Of a DNA stretch of 64,000 nt, positions 10,229 through 20,625 are shown piece after piece; the first letter of the stretch is position 1; the number at the start of each line of letters is the position of its first letter. This stretch comes from an uncultured Spirochaetota bacterium (GTDB lineage: Bacteria > Spirochaetota > Brevinematia > Brevinematales > JAOACQ01), in the NCBI GenBank assembly GCA_963835575.1, contig CAWIGG010000004.1, forward strand, positions 640,001 to 704,000, in the 5' to 3' direction. A program made the position numbers and the translations under genes. Under the pieces are notes generated by a model. The model saw only the letters and a program-made list of their open reading frames with translations. It was not told the DNA's origin and did not search any database.

Positions 10229-11377
10229 ATGTCTCTTTCACTATATATTCATATCCCTTTCTGCCGGGCCAAATGTCCATATTGTGATTTTACAAGCGGA
10301 TATAAGCCTGATAAAGAAATTCTTGCAAATTATACGGCCGCTCTCTGCAGGGAGATACGGCTTTTTCAAAATTCCTATTCTATTAAAGAACCGATTTCAA
10401 CTGTCTATTTTGGAGGCGGCACTCCTTCATTATTAACGAATGAGCAGTTAAATACCATTATTATTGAATTAAACAATAATTTTAACATTAAAAGCGACGA
10501 AAATACCCTTGAGGTTAATCCTGAAGATGTCACAAATGATAGAGTATATAAATGGCAGGAGACGGGTTTCAACAGGATAAGCCTCGGATTTCAATCAATG
10601 GAAAATCCCATACTCAAATTTCTCGGCCGCAGCAATAATAAAGATCAAAATATTCTTTCTTTAGCTTTACTTAAAGAAGCCGGTTTTAAAAATATCAGCA
10701 TTGATTTGATTACTTCCATAAAAGGCGAAGATATCGAATCCACTCTGCAATCCGTGTCAGAATTAAAACCAGCTCATATTTCAATATACCAGCTTACGAT
10801 AGAAGAAAAAACGCTCCTTTATCAAAAAGTAAAGAAAATGGAATATGTTCCCATGACTGATAATGAGATTCTTAATAATTACTGGAATATTAACAGGAGT
10901 TTGAAAAAACAAGGGTATCTCTATTATGAGATCTCTAATTACGCCTTATCCGCCAAATATTTCAGCAAGCATAATCTTAATTATTGGAATTATGGCCCTT
11001 ATATTGGTCTTGGCCTGGGAGCTTCCGGATTCATGTACTGTTTAAAAGAGGATTTTCATGGAAAGAGATGGACCAATACCATTGTTCTGAAAGATTATAT
11101 AAAAAAAGTCGAAGAAAATATTCTGCCGGTCGGTTTTACAGAAGAAATTGACAAAAAAACAGCCTCCCGTGAATACATTATGCTTGGTTTAAGAAAAACA
11201 GAAGGTATTTATTTCAAAGATTTTAATAGAATTTTTCAATTGGACTTTTTTAAGGCTGTCAGCCCAACAGCTCTCAAAAATATCTCTCCTTACCTCAAAA
11301 TAAATTCAGAAAAGATCAAGCTGAAAAGAAAAGGCATCAATATCGCCAATAAAATCATTCAGGAATTATGGAAGTAA
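10229..11377 (+). CDS. hemW: Radical SAM haem chaperone (HemN-like)
   Basis: LYIHIPFCRAKCPYCDF, YFGGGTPS, YEISNYA, HNLNYW. Confidence 0.9.
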   Translation: MSLSLYIHIPFCRAKCPYCDFTSGYKPDKEILANYTAALCREIRLFQNSYSIKEPISTVYFGGGTPSLLTNEQLNTIIIELNNNFNIKSDENTLEVNPEDVTNDRVYKWQETGFNRISLGFQSMENPILKFLGRSNNKDQNILSLALLKEAGFKNISIDLITSIKGEDIESTLQSVSELKPAHISIYQLTIEEKTLLYQKVKKMEYVPMTDNEILNNYWNINRSLKKQGYLYYEISNYALSAKYFSKHNLNYWNYGPYIGLGLGASGFMYCLKEDFHGKRWTNTIVLKDYIKKVEENILPVGFTEEIDKKTASREYIMLGLRKTEGIYFKDFNRIFQLDFFKAVSPTALKNISPYLKINSEKIKLKRKGINIANKIIQELWK

Positions 11378-11533
11378 ATCTCCATTAAAAATTGAACTTC
11401 ATATTTAAACATCAACAAAATCAGCAATTCTCTTTACTTTTTTTTATTTCTGCCGAAATTGATAAAGAAGTAATAACTTTTATTCATGAAGTATATTTGC
11501 TAAATATGACAGCAAACGCAGAGGAGGAAAAAT

Positions 11534-12430
11534 ATGGGTGAATCTGAATTAATGGATTTATTTCCGGATTCTTACGGTAAAGAAAACCATAAAAATAAAG
11601 AAGAAATCAGCGACGAAGGATATTATTACGGCGGACGTTCTAAAATGAGCGATTATAAACATTCAAACAATTCAATACATAAAATGAACGATTATAATGC
11701 CAACATCCCTGAAAGAAATCCTCAAAAAAAATCTTATATTAATGTCAGCGATGAGAGAATAGTATGGGCCGGCGCTATATTTGTCTTTTTCGGCGTTTTT
11801 ATTTTCCTCATCGGCTACTGGCTTGGTAAGACGACATTAAAAGATATTCTTTTTAATAATAAGCAGAATGTACAAAAAATCGAGGATAAAATTGACCAGA
11901 AAAAGATGGAAAACAATTTTGCGTTCAGTGTAACCCCTCTGCAGGACAATACAAAACCTGATAGTGAACCATTGAAAGATAACAAAGTTGTACTGCCCGC
12001 ACAGGAAGAAAACACTCCTGCCGTAAAGCAGGAAATAAAGCCCGACAATTTAACAGCTCCTCCCATAAAAGCTGAGGAAAACATCAAAACGGATATTAAA
12101 ACCGTTAAAGTAAAAACAAATCCGTCTATCAATGTTAAAAAACCGGCAAAGCCGCAAACTCAAAAAATAATTAAACCGGTTGCTGTAAACACCGGTAATT
12201 ATACTATCCAGGTGTCTGCCCACACCAGTATGGAAAAAGCGCGTCAGGTTGAAGATGGTTTAAGAAAAACAGGGCTTCAGTCATATCTGGTCGAGGCTAA
12301 TGTGAACGGCATTATATACTACCGTGTCAGGGTGGGAAAATATACTTCAAAGGATGACGCTCATACAGTCCTTCAGAAAATAAAGACCTTAGCTTACGGA
12401 AAAGACAGCATGATCCTTAATTTGCAATGA
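11534..12430 (+). CDS. SPOR-domain membrane-anchored cell division protein
   Basis: One TM helix, Pro/Lys-rich linker, C-terminal YTIQVSA...YYRVRVGKY SPOR motif. Confidence 0.88.
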   Translation: MGESELMDLFPDSYGKENHKNKEEISDEGYYYGGRSKMSDYKHSNNSIHKMNDYNANIPERNPQKKSYINVSDERIVWAGAIFVFFGVFIFLIGYWLGKTTLKDILFNNKQNVQKIEDKIDQKKMENNFAFSVTPLQDNTKPDSEPLKDNKVVLPAQEENTPAVKQEIKPDNLTAPPIKAEENIKTDIKTVKVKTNPSINVKKPAKPQTQKIIKPVAVNTGNYTIQVSAHTSMEKARQVEDGLRKTGLQSYLVEANVNGIIYYRVRVGKYTSKDDAHTVLQKIKTLAYGKDSMILNLQ

Positions 12431-12477
12431 CCCTAATAGACTAATATTTTTTATATTTATTCAAAGTGTATATAACA

Positions 12478-12508
12478 AACCCCTCGCCACAAAAGGGTGA
12501 GGGGTTTT
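12478..12508. terminator. Intrinsic terminator between convergent genes
   Basis: Hairpin AAACCCCTCGCC-acaaaag-GGTGAGGGGTTTT. Confidence 0.75.
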
Positions 12509-12548
12509 ATTATTATGCAATCCGTTAAAATAATTCAAACAAACCTTT

Positions 12549-14057
12549 TCAAAGCTCTTTTTTCGGTTTTAAAATATTTATATCCTCATCCAGCAAAATG
12601 ATTTCAGGTTTATTATCATTATTAATATCCTGGATGACAAAAAGGCTGTCATATCTTTTTATCGAAAATCGGTAAGTTTCGAATTTTCTGTCTTTTGGAT
12701 AAAAAATGGAAACTGCCGCCTGATTATTTGAAGTAATGCCGATTGTCACAAAATCCCAGCTTGAATCATTATTCACATCAAATATCCTGGCATCATAATA
12801 AAAATCATAACTGCAATTGGTAATATAAAATGCGTTGGCCGCATTGCTGATAATATAATCCCTCGAATTTGTCATCGCATTAGTATTAGTGATGATTTCA
12901 TAAAGGTTTGTTGGAGAAAGCAGAACCATCATATTGCTGACAAAAAAGATCTTAGTTACGGGAGTTATAATGGGTGACGAATATGAACTTATATTCGTTT
13001 GCATTAATATCCCTTCCAACAAAAAGACAGAAGATTCATTATTTAAATCAGCATATTCCTCAAAAAGCGGCAAATATATTTTATCCTTGTTTGTCCTTTT
13101 TTTCTCCTGGAGGGGAGATAGTATATCCCGGCTTTTCCACTTATCTATACCGGGATAGTTTCTGGATGAATAATATAATAGATTAGTATAATAATTATAA
13201 TTTCCCGGCAGATTAAAAGAAAATATCAGTGTCTCTTTATTCTGAAGCCTGTTATACATTACCAGCTGGTTGTAAGCTTTAAACCTGTAATTCTTGTTAC
13301 TCAATGAAGTCAGATACCGGAATGAATCGCTGATGTAGTCCCTGGCTTTCAGTAAAATATCACCGCGTACTAGATACGGCAGAAGATCATGATACTTATA
13401 AAACCGCTGAGGATTAATATCTTTTGCAGACATAAATATACTATATGCAGCATCATACTCCTTTTTTTCATATTTTATACACCCTAAAATAAAACGGATA
13501 TCCTGATTGTTCAGAAAAAACGCATCTTTTCCAATCTTATTTAAGTAATATTCCGCTCCAGCATAGTCTTTTTTATAATAAAAAAGAAGTATAGCTTTAT
13601 AATAAAAGAGTTCAGAATTGTTTAAACCAGTACTTAGGGCAAGATTTAAATTTTCATAGGCTTTTGAATAATTCTTCATCTTAAAATAAATGATCCCTAT
13701 CCGCTGAAATAAAAATCCGCTTTCATTTGAATAGGAATTGGTTAATCCTTCATACTGAATAATAGCATTGGATAAATCCTTATCATTTGATAAATTTAAA
13801 TGGATAAATTCATTGGATAGGGCTGAAAAGAATAAAGCGTTAGCAATGTCATGTTGAAACGATGCAGAATAATCATTAGATCGAAATAAAAGATAACTAT
13901 GATATAATTTAGATTCTTTTTGATAATCTGAGATTTGCGCCACAATGTTATTTTGCTTTTTTTTACCGGCAAACTTTTCCTCTGATTTTATACTGGTTTG
14001 TCCGCAAGATGAAAAAAATAAAAAAACAAAGATTAGATAAGGCATTACAGTTTTCAT
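12549..14057 (-). CDS. Lipoprotein with TPR repeats and C-terminal DxNxD (FG-GAP-like) motifs
   Basis: Lipobox FSSC; TPR-like segments; DVNNDSSWDF and DINNDNKPEI. Confidence 0.7.
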   Translation of the reverse strand: MKTVMPYLIFVFLFFSSCGQTSIKSEEKFAGKKKQNNIVAQISDYQKESKLYHSYLLFRSNDYSASFQHDIANALFFSALSNEFIHLNLSNDKDLSNAIIQYEGLTNSYSNESGFLFQRIGIIYFKMKNYSKAYENLNLALSTGLNNSELFYYKAILLFYYKKDYAGAEYYLNKIGKDAFFLNNQDIRFILGCIKYEKKEYDAAYSIFMSAKDINPQRFYKYHDLLPYLVRGDILLKARDYISDSFRYLTSLSNKNYRFKAYNQLVMYNRLQNKETLIFSFNLPGNYNYYTNLLYYSSRNYPGIDKWKSRDILSPLQEKKRTNKDKIYLPLFEEYADLNNESSVFLLEGILMQTNISSYSSPIITPVTKIFFVSNMMVLLSPTNLYEIITNTNAMTNSRDYIISNAANAFYITNCSYDFYYDARIFDVNNDSSWDFVTIGITSNNQAAVSIFYPKDRKFETYRFSIKRYDSLFVIQDINNDNKPEIILLDEDINILKPKKEL

Positions 14058-14126
14058 AAATATACCAAGGTTTTCACATTTTCTATTTTATTAGTTATAA
14101 AAACCTCAAATCTTAATACTATTATT

Positions 14127-14201
14127 TGGGCGCTACAGGAGTCGAACCTGTGACCCTCTGCTTGTAAGGCAGATGCTCTAAACCAACTGAGCTAAGCGCC
14201 C
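14127..14201 (-). tRNA. tRNA-Val(TAC)
   Basis: Reverse complement GGGCGCTTAGCTCAGTTGGTTTAGAGCATCTGCCTTACAAGCAGAGGGTCACAGGTTCGACTCCTGTAGCGCCCA; anticodon TAC. Confidence 0.96.
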
Positions 14202-14391
14202 GGCAAAGAATTAAGGGAATATTCTATATTATTTTTTTACAAGGGTCAAATAATATTGGTTTTTATACTCTTTTTGAGTAATCATAAATAATAACTCTTC
14301 TCATTTAATAAAAAACCCGCTTTTTTTAATTCTCAGAATTATACGTTTTTAAAGAAAAGTTCTTCAAATAAAAAAGGGAAGCCGTATACAA

Positions 14392-14769
14392 TTATAATAA
14401 GACTTTTATATGCAAGAGCAGGTTGGTGATGCTGTTTGTGATGCTGTTTGTATTCATGACTGGCGGAGTGTATTTTATTCTATCCAGAACCTCAAAAGTT
14501 ATAAAAATATAATTTAAACATACCAGTCCAAAAAAAGCGGAGAAGATAATACCAAGCATGGCAAAATCCCTTTTAGAATCTATAGCATAGGCAATAATGC
14601 CTAATACCAGTCCAATCCCTAATAGAACCATATTAATAGGAAGAAGAAATGATAATACTGCCATTTTTGTGTTTAAAAAATCCTGCGGTAGAAATTTAAA
14701 ATCCCAGATAAAACTCAAAAGTGTTAATGCCATGCCAACCATTGATAAGATAAAACTCACAACACCCAT
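14392..14769 (-). CDS. Hypothetical membrane protein (about 3 TM helices)
   Basis: Hydrophobic helices; GGAG RBS; C-terminal TNSITNSITN repeat. Confidence 0.7.
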   Translation of the reverse strand: MGVVSFILSMVGMALTLLSFIWDFKFLPQDFLNTKMAVLSFLLPINMVLLGIGLVLGIIAYAIDSKRDFAMLGIIFSAFFGLVCLNYIFITFEVLDRIKYTPPVMNTNSITNSITNLLLHIKVLL

Positions 14770-14937
14770 AATCTATCTCCTTTGTTTTTTTTTTCTAAAA
14801 CATAATGTATAATATTATAATTTGAGCCGTTAATCAAGTTTCTTATTTTAAAGCAGATTATAACAATAGTCAAGGAGTAAAGTAACTCGACCTTGTTATT
14901 TCCTGCCTTTGAAGTATTTTATGGAGAGTATAAAAAA

Positions 14938-15465
14938 ATGAATAAAGTCCTTACTTTACCTCTTTTAGACGATTCTTTATTAAATAATATTACCGCCGGT
15001 GAAATGATTTATATCAATGGTATTTTATACACAGCGCGGGACCAGGCCCATAAATTACTTATCCAGATGATTAATCAAAAAAAAAATCTGCCCTTTAATC
15101 CAAAAGGAAATGTGATTTATTATTGCGGACCAACACCTTCCAGAGAAAACGGCTTGTTCGGCTCAGCCGGACCGACAACTTCAACAAGAATGGATGAGTA
15201 TACAATTCCGCTTCTTGAAAAAGGGCTGAAAGGTTTTATCGGGAAAGGAAACCGTTCAGATAAAATCAGAAACGCCTGTCAGAAATATAAAGCCCTTTAT
15301 TTTATATCATTTGGAGGAGCCGGCGCTTATCTTGCCAAAAGAATCATTAATCAAAAATTAATCGCTTTTAACGAATTAGGGACAGAAGCTATTTATCAAT
15401 TGGAAGTGCAAAACTTTCCGGTTATAGCTGCTTATGATGTTTTTGGAAAGACTATCTTTGAATAG
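14938..15465 (+). CDS. Fe-S hydro-lyase (fumarate hydratase/tartrate dehydratase) beta subunit
   Basis: YTARDQAH, YYCGP, AGPTTSTRMD, IGKG, ELGTEAI. Start placed at ATG 14938 after GGAG. Confidence 0.92.
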   Translation: MNKVLTLPLLDDSLLNNITAGEMIYINGILYTARDQAHKLLIQMINQKKNLPFNPKGNVIYYCGPTPSRENGLFGSAGPTTSTRMDEYTIPLLEKGLKGFIGKGNRSDKIRNACQKYKALYFISFGGAGAYLAKRIINQKLIAFNELGTEAIYQLEVQNFPVIAAYDVFGKTIFE

Positions 15466-15637
15466 CAAATAAAACTTAATCTATCAGAGATTATAATCAT
15501 TACTTTATTGAGCATTATGTTTTTTAAATTATCAAAAAACATTATTATTCTGATGTTTAAGATCGAATTTTATATGTTATCTTGAATAAATTATAAAATT
15601 ATGTTATAAACTATAATTAGTATTGAGGAGGATATTT

Positions 15638-17182
15638 ATGAAAAGGCTATTCATTTTGGTTTTATTAATGGCTTTATTTACCAGTATCATGTTTTCACAG
15701 GCTGAAGTATCTCAAAGAAAAGATGTCGCTGTTCTTCCGGCTTATTCGTCCATAAATATTCCTGATTCCGCATATCAATATTTTGATGATACAATGATGG
15801 CTATATTGAATAGTATGAAGAGATTCCAGGTTATCGGCTACCAGTACCGCCTTGATAATAATTCGGCAGAGACATTTATACAAAAGGTCCAGGAAGCTAA
15901 AAAACAGGCGGCTCTCCAGAATCCTCAATATATGGACGCTGATCTGGGCATTGCAGTGATACCTGCCGCAGAAATGCAAAGAATAGCCAATTCTTTCTTT
16001 GTTTTCATTCCTTCCATCAGCGGATTCAGCGTCAGCGAACATCAAATCAAGATAGAAGAAAATAAAAAAGGGAAAATTACTATCAGGATTGCAACTGAAT
16101 ATATTGCCAATGTAACCATCTCAATAAAGATCATAACAGCAGGAGGAAACCTTATGAATACCTATTATAAAAGCATTGAGTCAAAATCGCAGTCAAGCTC
16201 AATGGACGCATATCAGCAGGCTATTTCCGGCGCTTTAGGCGGGTTGGAATTTCATCTTAGAACCGTGGAAGAATTTAAGATCAAAACGAGAGTCCTAAAA
16301 GTTGATAATGATTATGTTTATCTGGAACTGGGAAGAGAAATCGGAGTAGAACCGGGATATGAATTTTATATCCAGAAGGAAACAAAAGTCCTGGACCAGT
16401 TTACTGAAAAAATCAGCACTGGATTAGTCCGGATCAATACAATCGGCGACAAATGGTCAGCCGCATCAACTATTTTTGGTAATCCTCAAGTCGGCGACCA
16501 GCTGGTAGAAGCGCCAATGACCGGAGGCCGATTCAATATATTGCTGGGTATGGTGCCTATGGCTTTGTCCAGTTCTGAATTACTAATTCAATATGATGCT
16601 CCAGGCATTTCCTTTACCAGTACCGAATCATTTGCGAAATCGTCTTATGTCTTTAATGCCGGAATAAATTTTGAATATGAGCTCGGCTATGCAGGTCTTG
16701 TAGATTTCACTATTGGAGCGCTTTTCGGCAATCCTTTCGCTCTATCAGCAGATCTTGGCGGCGGGTATGAACTTTATTTTGGCAGCATGAGCCTTACTCT
16801 TGGGGCTGACTTATCCTTTGTCGGCATGATAAAGCCGCTTGGTACAAAAAATAACACCAATACAGTCACAATAAAAGGCACGGATTTTGATGATAATATT
16901 GATATTACACTGATGGGAGGGACAATAGGCATCAAACCAAAAATCACTTTTAATTATCAGATAGGACAACATATGAAAATCCGTTTAACAGGCGGATACG
17001 CGCTCTACTTCGCGCCTTTCTATTACCTCAATTTTCAATCTGCTTCCGACTCTAAAACATCCGCTGCTGTCGATATTGCTGAAAGCAGTGTTACCATGCT
17101 ATTAAACGGCAACAAGGTATCCACATTACCCATAGATTTCAGCGGCCCGTACGGCGGTATTGAATTGGTTTTTAGATTCTAA
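15638..17182 (+). CDS. Putative outer-membrane protein (periplasmic N-terminal domains plus C-terminal beta-barrel)
   Basis: Signal peptide; amphipathic strands in the C-terminal half; ends GGIELVFRF with terminal Phe; GAGGAGG RBS. Confidence 0.7.
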   Translation: MKRLFILVLLMALFTSIMFSQAEVSQRKDVAVLPAYSSINIPDSAYQYFDDTMMAILNSMKRFQVIGYQYRLDNNSAETFIQKVQEAKKQAALQNPQYMDADLGIAVIPAAEMQRIANSFFVFIPSISGFSVSEHQIKIEENKKGKITIRIATEYIANVTISIKIITAGGNLMNTYYKSIESKSQSSSMDAYQQAISGALGGLEFHLRTVEEFKIKTRVLKVDNDYVYLELGREIGVEPGYEFYIQKETKVLDQFTEKISTGLVRINTIGDKWSAASTIFGNPQVGDQLVEAPMTGGRFNILLGMVPMALSSSELLIQYDAPGISFTSTESFAKSSYVFNAGINFEYELGYAGLVDFTIGALFGNPFALSADLGGGYELYFGSMSLTLGADLSFVGMIKPLGTKNNTNTVTIKGTDFDDNIDITLMGGTIGIKPKITFNYQIGQHMKIRLTGGYALYFAPFYYLNFQSASDSKTSAAVDIAESSVTMLLNGNKVSTLPIDFSGPYGGIELVFRF

Positions 17183-17198
17183 TAAACCTTCATTAAAT

Positions 17199-17231
17199 AA
17201 AAGGCGATACTGAAAAGTATCGCCTTTTTTA
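17199..17231 (+). terminator. Rho-independent terminator
   Basis: Perfect stem AAAAGGCGATACT-gaaa-AGTATCGCCTTTT followed by a T tract. Confidence 0.9.
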
Positions 17232-17310
17232 TTTTCATATTCAAAAGAAGTGTATTATAATATATTTCTTAACTGAATAATTATTTTAAAAATACGAGAG
17301 AGGTGTTTTT

Positions 17311-18378
17311 ATGTCTGAAATTACAATGGATGGCAAAGAAAAGGAAAAAGCCCTTCAGATAGCCATGGCTCAGATTGAGAAACAGTTTGGAAAAGGCGCG
17401 ATTATGAAGCTGGGAGATAGGCCTAAAACCGGCGATGTACCGGCTATTTCTACAGGCGCCCTGACCCTCGATCTCGCACTGGGGATTGGAGGTATTCCTT
17501 CCGGCAGGATCACTGAAATTTACGGCCCTGAATCTTCAGGAAAAACAACGCTGACGCTGAGTATTATCGCTGAAGCGCAGAAAGCTGGCGGTATTTGCGC
17601 ATTTATCGACGCGGAACATGCGCTGGACCCTCTGTATGCCGAAAAAATCGGTATTGATATAAAGAATCTTCTGATATCCCAGCCGGATACGGGAGAACAG
17701 GCCCTGGAAATTGTTGAAAGCCTTATCCGCAGCGGCGCAGTTGATCTGATTGTTGTTGATTCCGTCGCGGCCCTGGTGCCGAAAGCAGAAATTGACGGCA
17801 ATATGGGTGATGCTGTAATGGGCATGCAGGCCCGGCTGATGTCGCAGGCGCTCCGGAAGCTGACCGCGATTCTCAGCAAATCGCATACCGCCCTTGTTTT
17901 TATTAATCAAATCAGGATGAAAATAGGTGTGGTTTACGGCAATCCTGAAACGACTACAGGCGGTATGGCCCTTAAGTTTTATTCTTCCATCAGGATTGAA
18001 ATCAGAAAGATAGAATCGCTGAAAAAAGGAGATGAAAACTATGGAAACAGGGTCAGGGTTAAAGTCGTAAAAAATAAGATGGCCTCTCCATTTAAACAGG
18101 CTGAATTTGATATTATATTCGGCAAGGGTATTTCAAAAATCGGCTGTCTCATCGACGCAGCCATCGCCAGCAGTGTTATCCAGCGGAAGGGAACATGGTA
18201 TTTCCTGGGTGAAGACCGGATATCACAGGGCAGGGATAATTTAATAAAAGAAATTGAAGATAAACCCCCATTATTAAAAAAAGTTGAAGATCTGGTCAGG
18301 AATAAACTCGCAGAAGGTGCAGATATTAGTTCATTCGGCGGTGCTGAAAAAGCGGATAACAGTCCCGAGGAGAATTAA
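17311..18378 (+). CDS. recA: Recombinase RecA
   Basis: [41 protein letters not shown]. Confidence 0.99.
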   Translation: MSEITMDGKEKEKALQIAMAQIEKQFGKGAIMKLGDRPKTGDVPAISTGALTLDLALGIGGIPSGRITEIYGPESSGKTTLTLSIIAEAQKAGGICAFIDAEHALDPLYAEKIGIDIKNLLISQPDTGEQALEIVESLIRSGAVDLIVVDSVAALVPKAEIDGNMGDAVMGMQARLMSQALRKLTAILSKSHTALVFINQIRMKIGVVYGNPETTTGGMALKFYSSIRIEIRKIESLKKGDENYGNRVRVKVVKNKMASPFKQAEFDIIFGKGISKIGCLIDAAIASSVIQRKGTWYFLGEDRISQGRDNLIKEIEDKPPLLKKVEDLVRNKLAEGADISSFGGAEKADNSPEEN

Positions 18379-18381
18379 TTT

Positions 18382-19608
18382 ATGGAATTACAGCTCAAAG
18401 TACTTGAGGGAGGAATAGCGGAACCGGCAGGGTTCAGGGCAACCGGTATTTCCTGCGGACTGAAAGAAGGCGGTTATAAGGATGTAGGCCTTATTTTATC
18501 AAAAGTCCCCTGCGAGACGGCCTGTGTATTTACAAAAAATAAAATCAAAGCCGCCCCTGTACTTTTAGATATATCCCGTAATAATAATCCCATATCGGCA
18601 ATTATCGCGAATAGCGGCAACGCTAATTGCCTAACCGGTAAAACAGGCGATGAAAATGCTTTGGCTATGTCCGGTTTAGTAGAAAGGAGTCTTTCTCTAA
18701 AAGAAGGTTCTGTGATGGTTGCTTCAACAGGCGTCATCGGCCGGAAACTCATTATGGACAGAGTTATTTACGGAATAGAAAAAGTGTGCAACCTCATTAA
18801 AACAGAAAACGACTATAAAAATTTTTCAAATGCTATAATGACGACTGATAAAAAAATGAAAAACTGCGCTTATGAATTTGAAATCAACGGCCGGCCAATC
18901 AGGATCGGCGGAACTGCTAAGGGCGCAGGAATGATTAAACCTAATTTAGAATCACCTCATGCCACAATTCTTGTTTTTATAACAACAGACGCATCGATTA
19001 CAAGGGAAATGCTGAATCTTGCTTTAAAAGAAGCCGTTGATCTGTCCTTTAACCGCATCAGCGTTGATAATGATACCAGCACTAATGACAGTGTTTTTCT
19101 CATGGCAAACGGACAGGCAGGCAATGAAAAGATTTCTTCTGATAACGATTCACTTAAGATCTTTAAACAGGTTCTGATTAAAGTCTGCCAGAACCTAGCG
19201 AAGATGATCGTAAAAGACGGCGAAGGAGCAAGTAAAGTCATCAATATTACTGTCACGAACGCATTAACCAGTACTGATGCGGAAAAAATAGCACGCGCCG
19301 TGGGAGATTCTTATCTTGTTAAAACAGCCATATACGGGCAGAGCCCTAACTGGGGAAGAATTTTAGCCGCTCTCGGTTATTCCGGCGCTAAATTTAACGT
19401 TTCGCAAATCAAGCTTAGTATTAACGATCTGGTAATATTCGAAAAGGGCGATGTTAATAAAGCCAATGAAAGCAAAGCTACAGGTGAAATGCTTTCACCG
19501 GAAATCAATATCTCCCTCGATATCGGCATCGGAAAAAAAGAATATTTTCTCTGGACTTGCGACTTAACCTGCGATTATGTAAAAATCAATGCTAGTTATC
19601 TCAGTTAA
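18382..19608 (+). CDS. argJ: Ornithine acetyltransferase / amino-acid acetyltransferase
   Basis: NSGNANC, STGVIG, KGAGMI, DTSTND, DGEGA, PNWGRI. Confidence 0.96.
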   Translation: MELQLKVLEGGIAEPAGFRATGISCGLKEGGYKDVGLILSKVPCETACVFTKNKIKAAPVLLDISRNNNPISAIIANSGNANCLTGKTGDENALAMSGLVERSLSLKEGSVMVASTGVIGRKLIMDRVIYGIEKVCNLIKTENDYKNFSNAIMTTDKKMKNCAYEFEINGRPIRIGGTAKGAGMIKPNLESPHATILVFITTDASITREMLNLALKEAVDLSFNRISVDNDTSTNDSVFLMANGQAGNEKISSDNDSLKIFKQVLIKVCQNLAKMIVKDGEGASKVINITVTNALTSTDAEKIARAVGDSYLVKTAIYGQSPNWGRILAALGYSGAKFNVSQIKLSINDLVIFEKGDVNKANESKATGEMLSPEINISLDIGIGKKEYFLWTCDLTCDYVKINASYLS

Positions 19609-19646
19609 TTTTCATTTCTAATTTTTTTTCTTTTTGTATACTTTCT

Positions 19647-20489
19647 TTAGAAACCGGTTTCATAACTCAGAGAGAGTATCCTGTTTAATTTTGAAATACT
19701 AAAATCATACTGTAATATTAAGGATATCTTAAACGGAGGATTCGGATAGAGAGAAAATATTATAGAAGGAAGAATTTGTTCTGAATGTGAAAAATTAACA
19801 TAAAGATTTTCCAGAGTTAAAGCAAAGGTAAAATATTGCGGAGCGTTCAGTGTTGCCCCAAAGAAAAGCGTGACATTATTAAAATTGTTAACTTCTGCCG
19901 GGAGCAGCGGCCACCTAATGCCCGCCGAAAAGATATCCTTCCCTCCAAAAGCGCTATAATGCCAGCCTACAGCACTATAAAACCCATAAATTGTAGCAGG
20001 TTTGACATTACTGTTTGTTGAAAAATAAGTGCCTTCTTTCCCATAAGCAAAGCTATCAAACCCCAGAGCCCAGTTAAAATTATTCAGATCATTAATAATC
20101 GTTAGTTTTACATATGCGCCCGGTATATTAACATTGATATCACCTGAACCTATAAGGCTGTCTAAATTCTCTGAAATACCGATACTGATCGCGTCCATTA
20201 TGCCGACCAAAAAACGGGCATTAACTCCTCCGTTATCATACATGGTGAATTCCCCGTATATAGCGCCTCTTTCCAATCCATTAGGAGTCGGGACTGAACC
20301 GATCGAAGTGAGGTTTTTTCCCGACGGTGTATAAGGACTTTTCTGCGGCGAATATGTCGAAACCGTTGATGATGAAGATGAAGAAGAAGCAGTAGTATTA
20401 TTTGGATCATCTATGATAAAATCATCGCTGAAAGCCTGTAAAAAAAGTAATACTAAAAACAGGAAGACGATTCCCCATTTCATATGCAA
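19647..20489 (-). CDS. Hypothetical exported protein, probable beta-barrel
   Basis: Signal peptide, poly-Ser linker, beta-strand pattern, terminal Phe. Confidence 0.65.
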   Translation of the reverse strand: MHMKWGIVFLFLVLLFLQAFSDDFIIDDPNNTTASSSSSSSTVSTYSPQKSPYTPSGKNLTSIGSVPTPNGLERGAIYGEFTMYDNGGVNARFLVGIMDAISIGISENLDSLIGSGDINVNIPGAYVKLTIINDLNNFNWALGFDSFAYGKEGTYFSTNSNVKPATIYGFYSAVGWHYSAFGGKDIFSAGIRWPLLPAEVNNFNNVTLFFGATLNAPQYFTFALTLENLYVNFSHSEQILPSIIFSLYPNPPFKISLILQYDFSISKLNRILSLSYETGF

Positions 20490-20625
20490 CTCCTTTCTTA
20501 TTAATAATATGTTGATATTTACTTTATCGGAATTTTTTATAAAAACATCATTTTTTCCGTAACCAATAAAATTGCATGAAGAGCTTATTCTTATTATAAT
20601 AATAAAAACGCAAGTGGAGAAATCC

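Noticed and set aside
7853..14201. tRNA genes as integration sites of an island
   Set aside because: No duplicated tRNA 3' ends or integrase; flanking genes look like core genes.
17232..17310. LexA/SOS box upstream of recA
   Set aside because: No CTGT-N8-ACAG or GAAC-N4-GTTC motif is visible.
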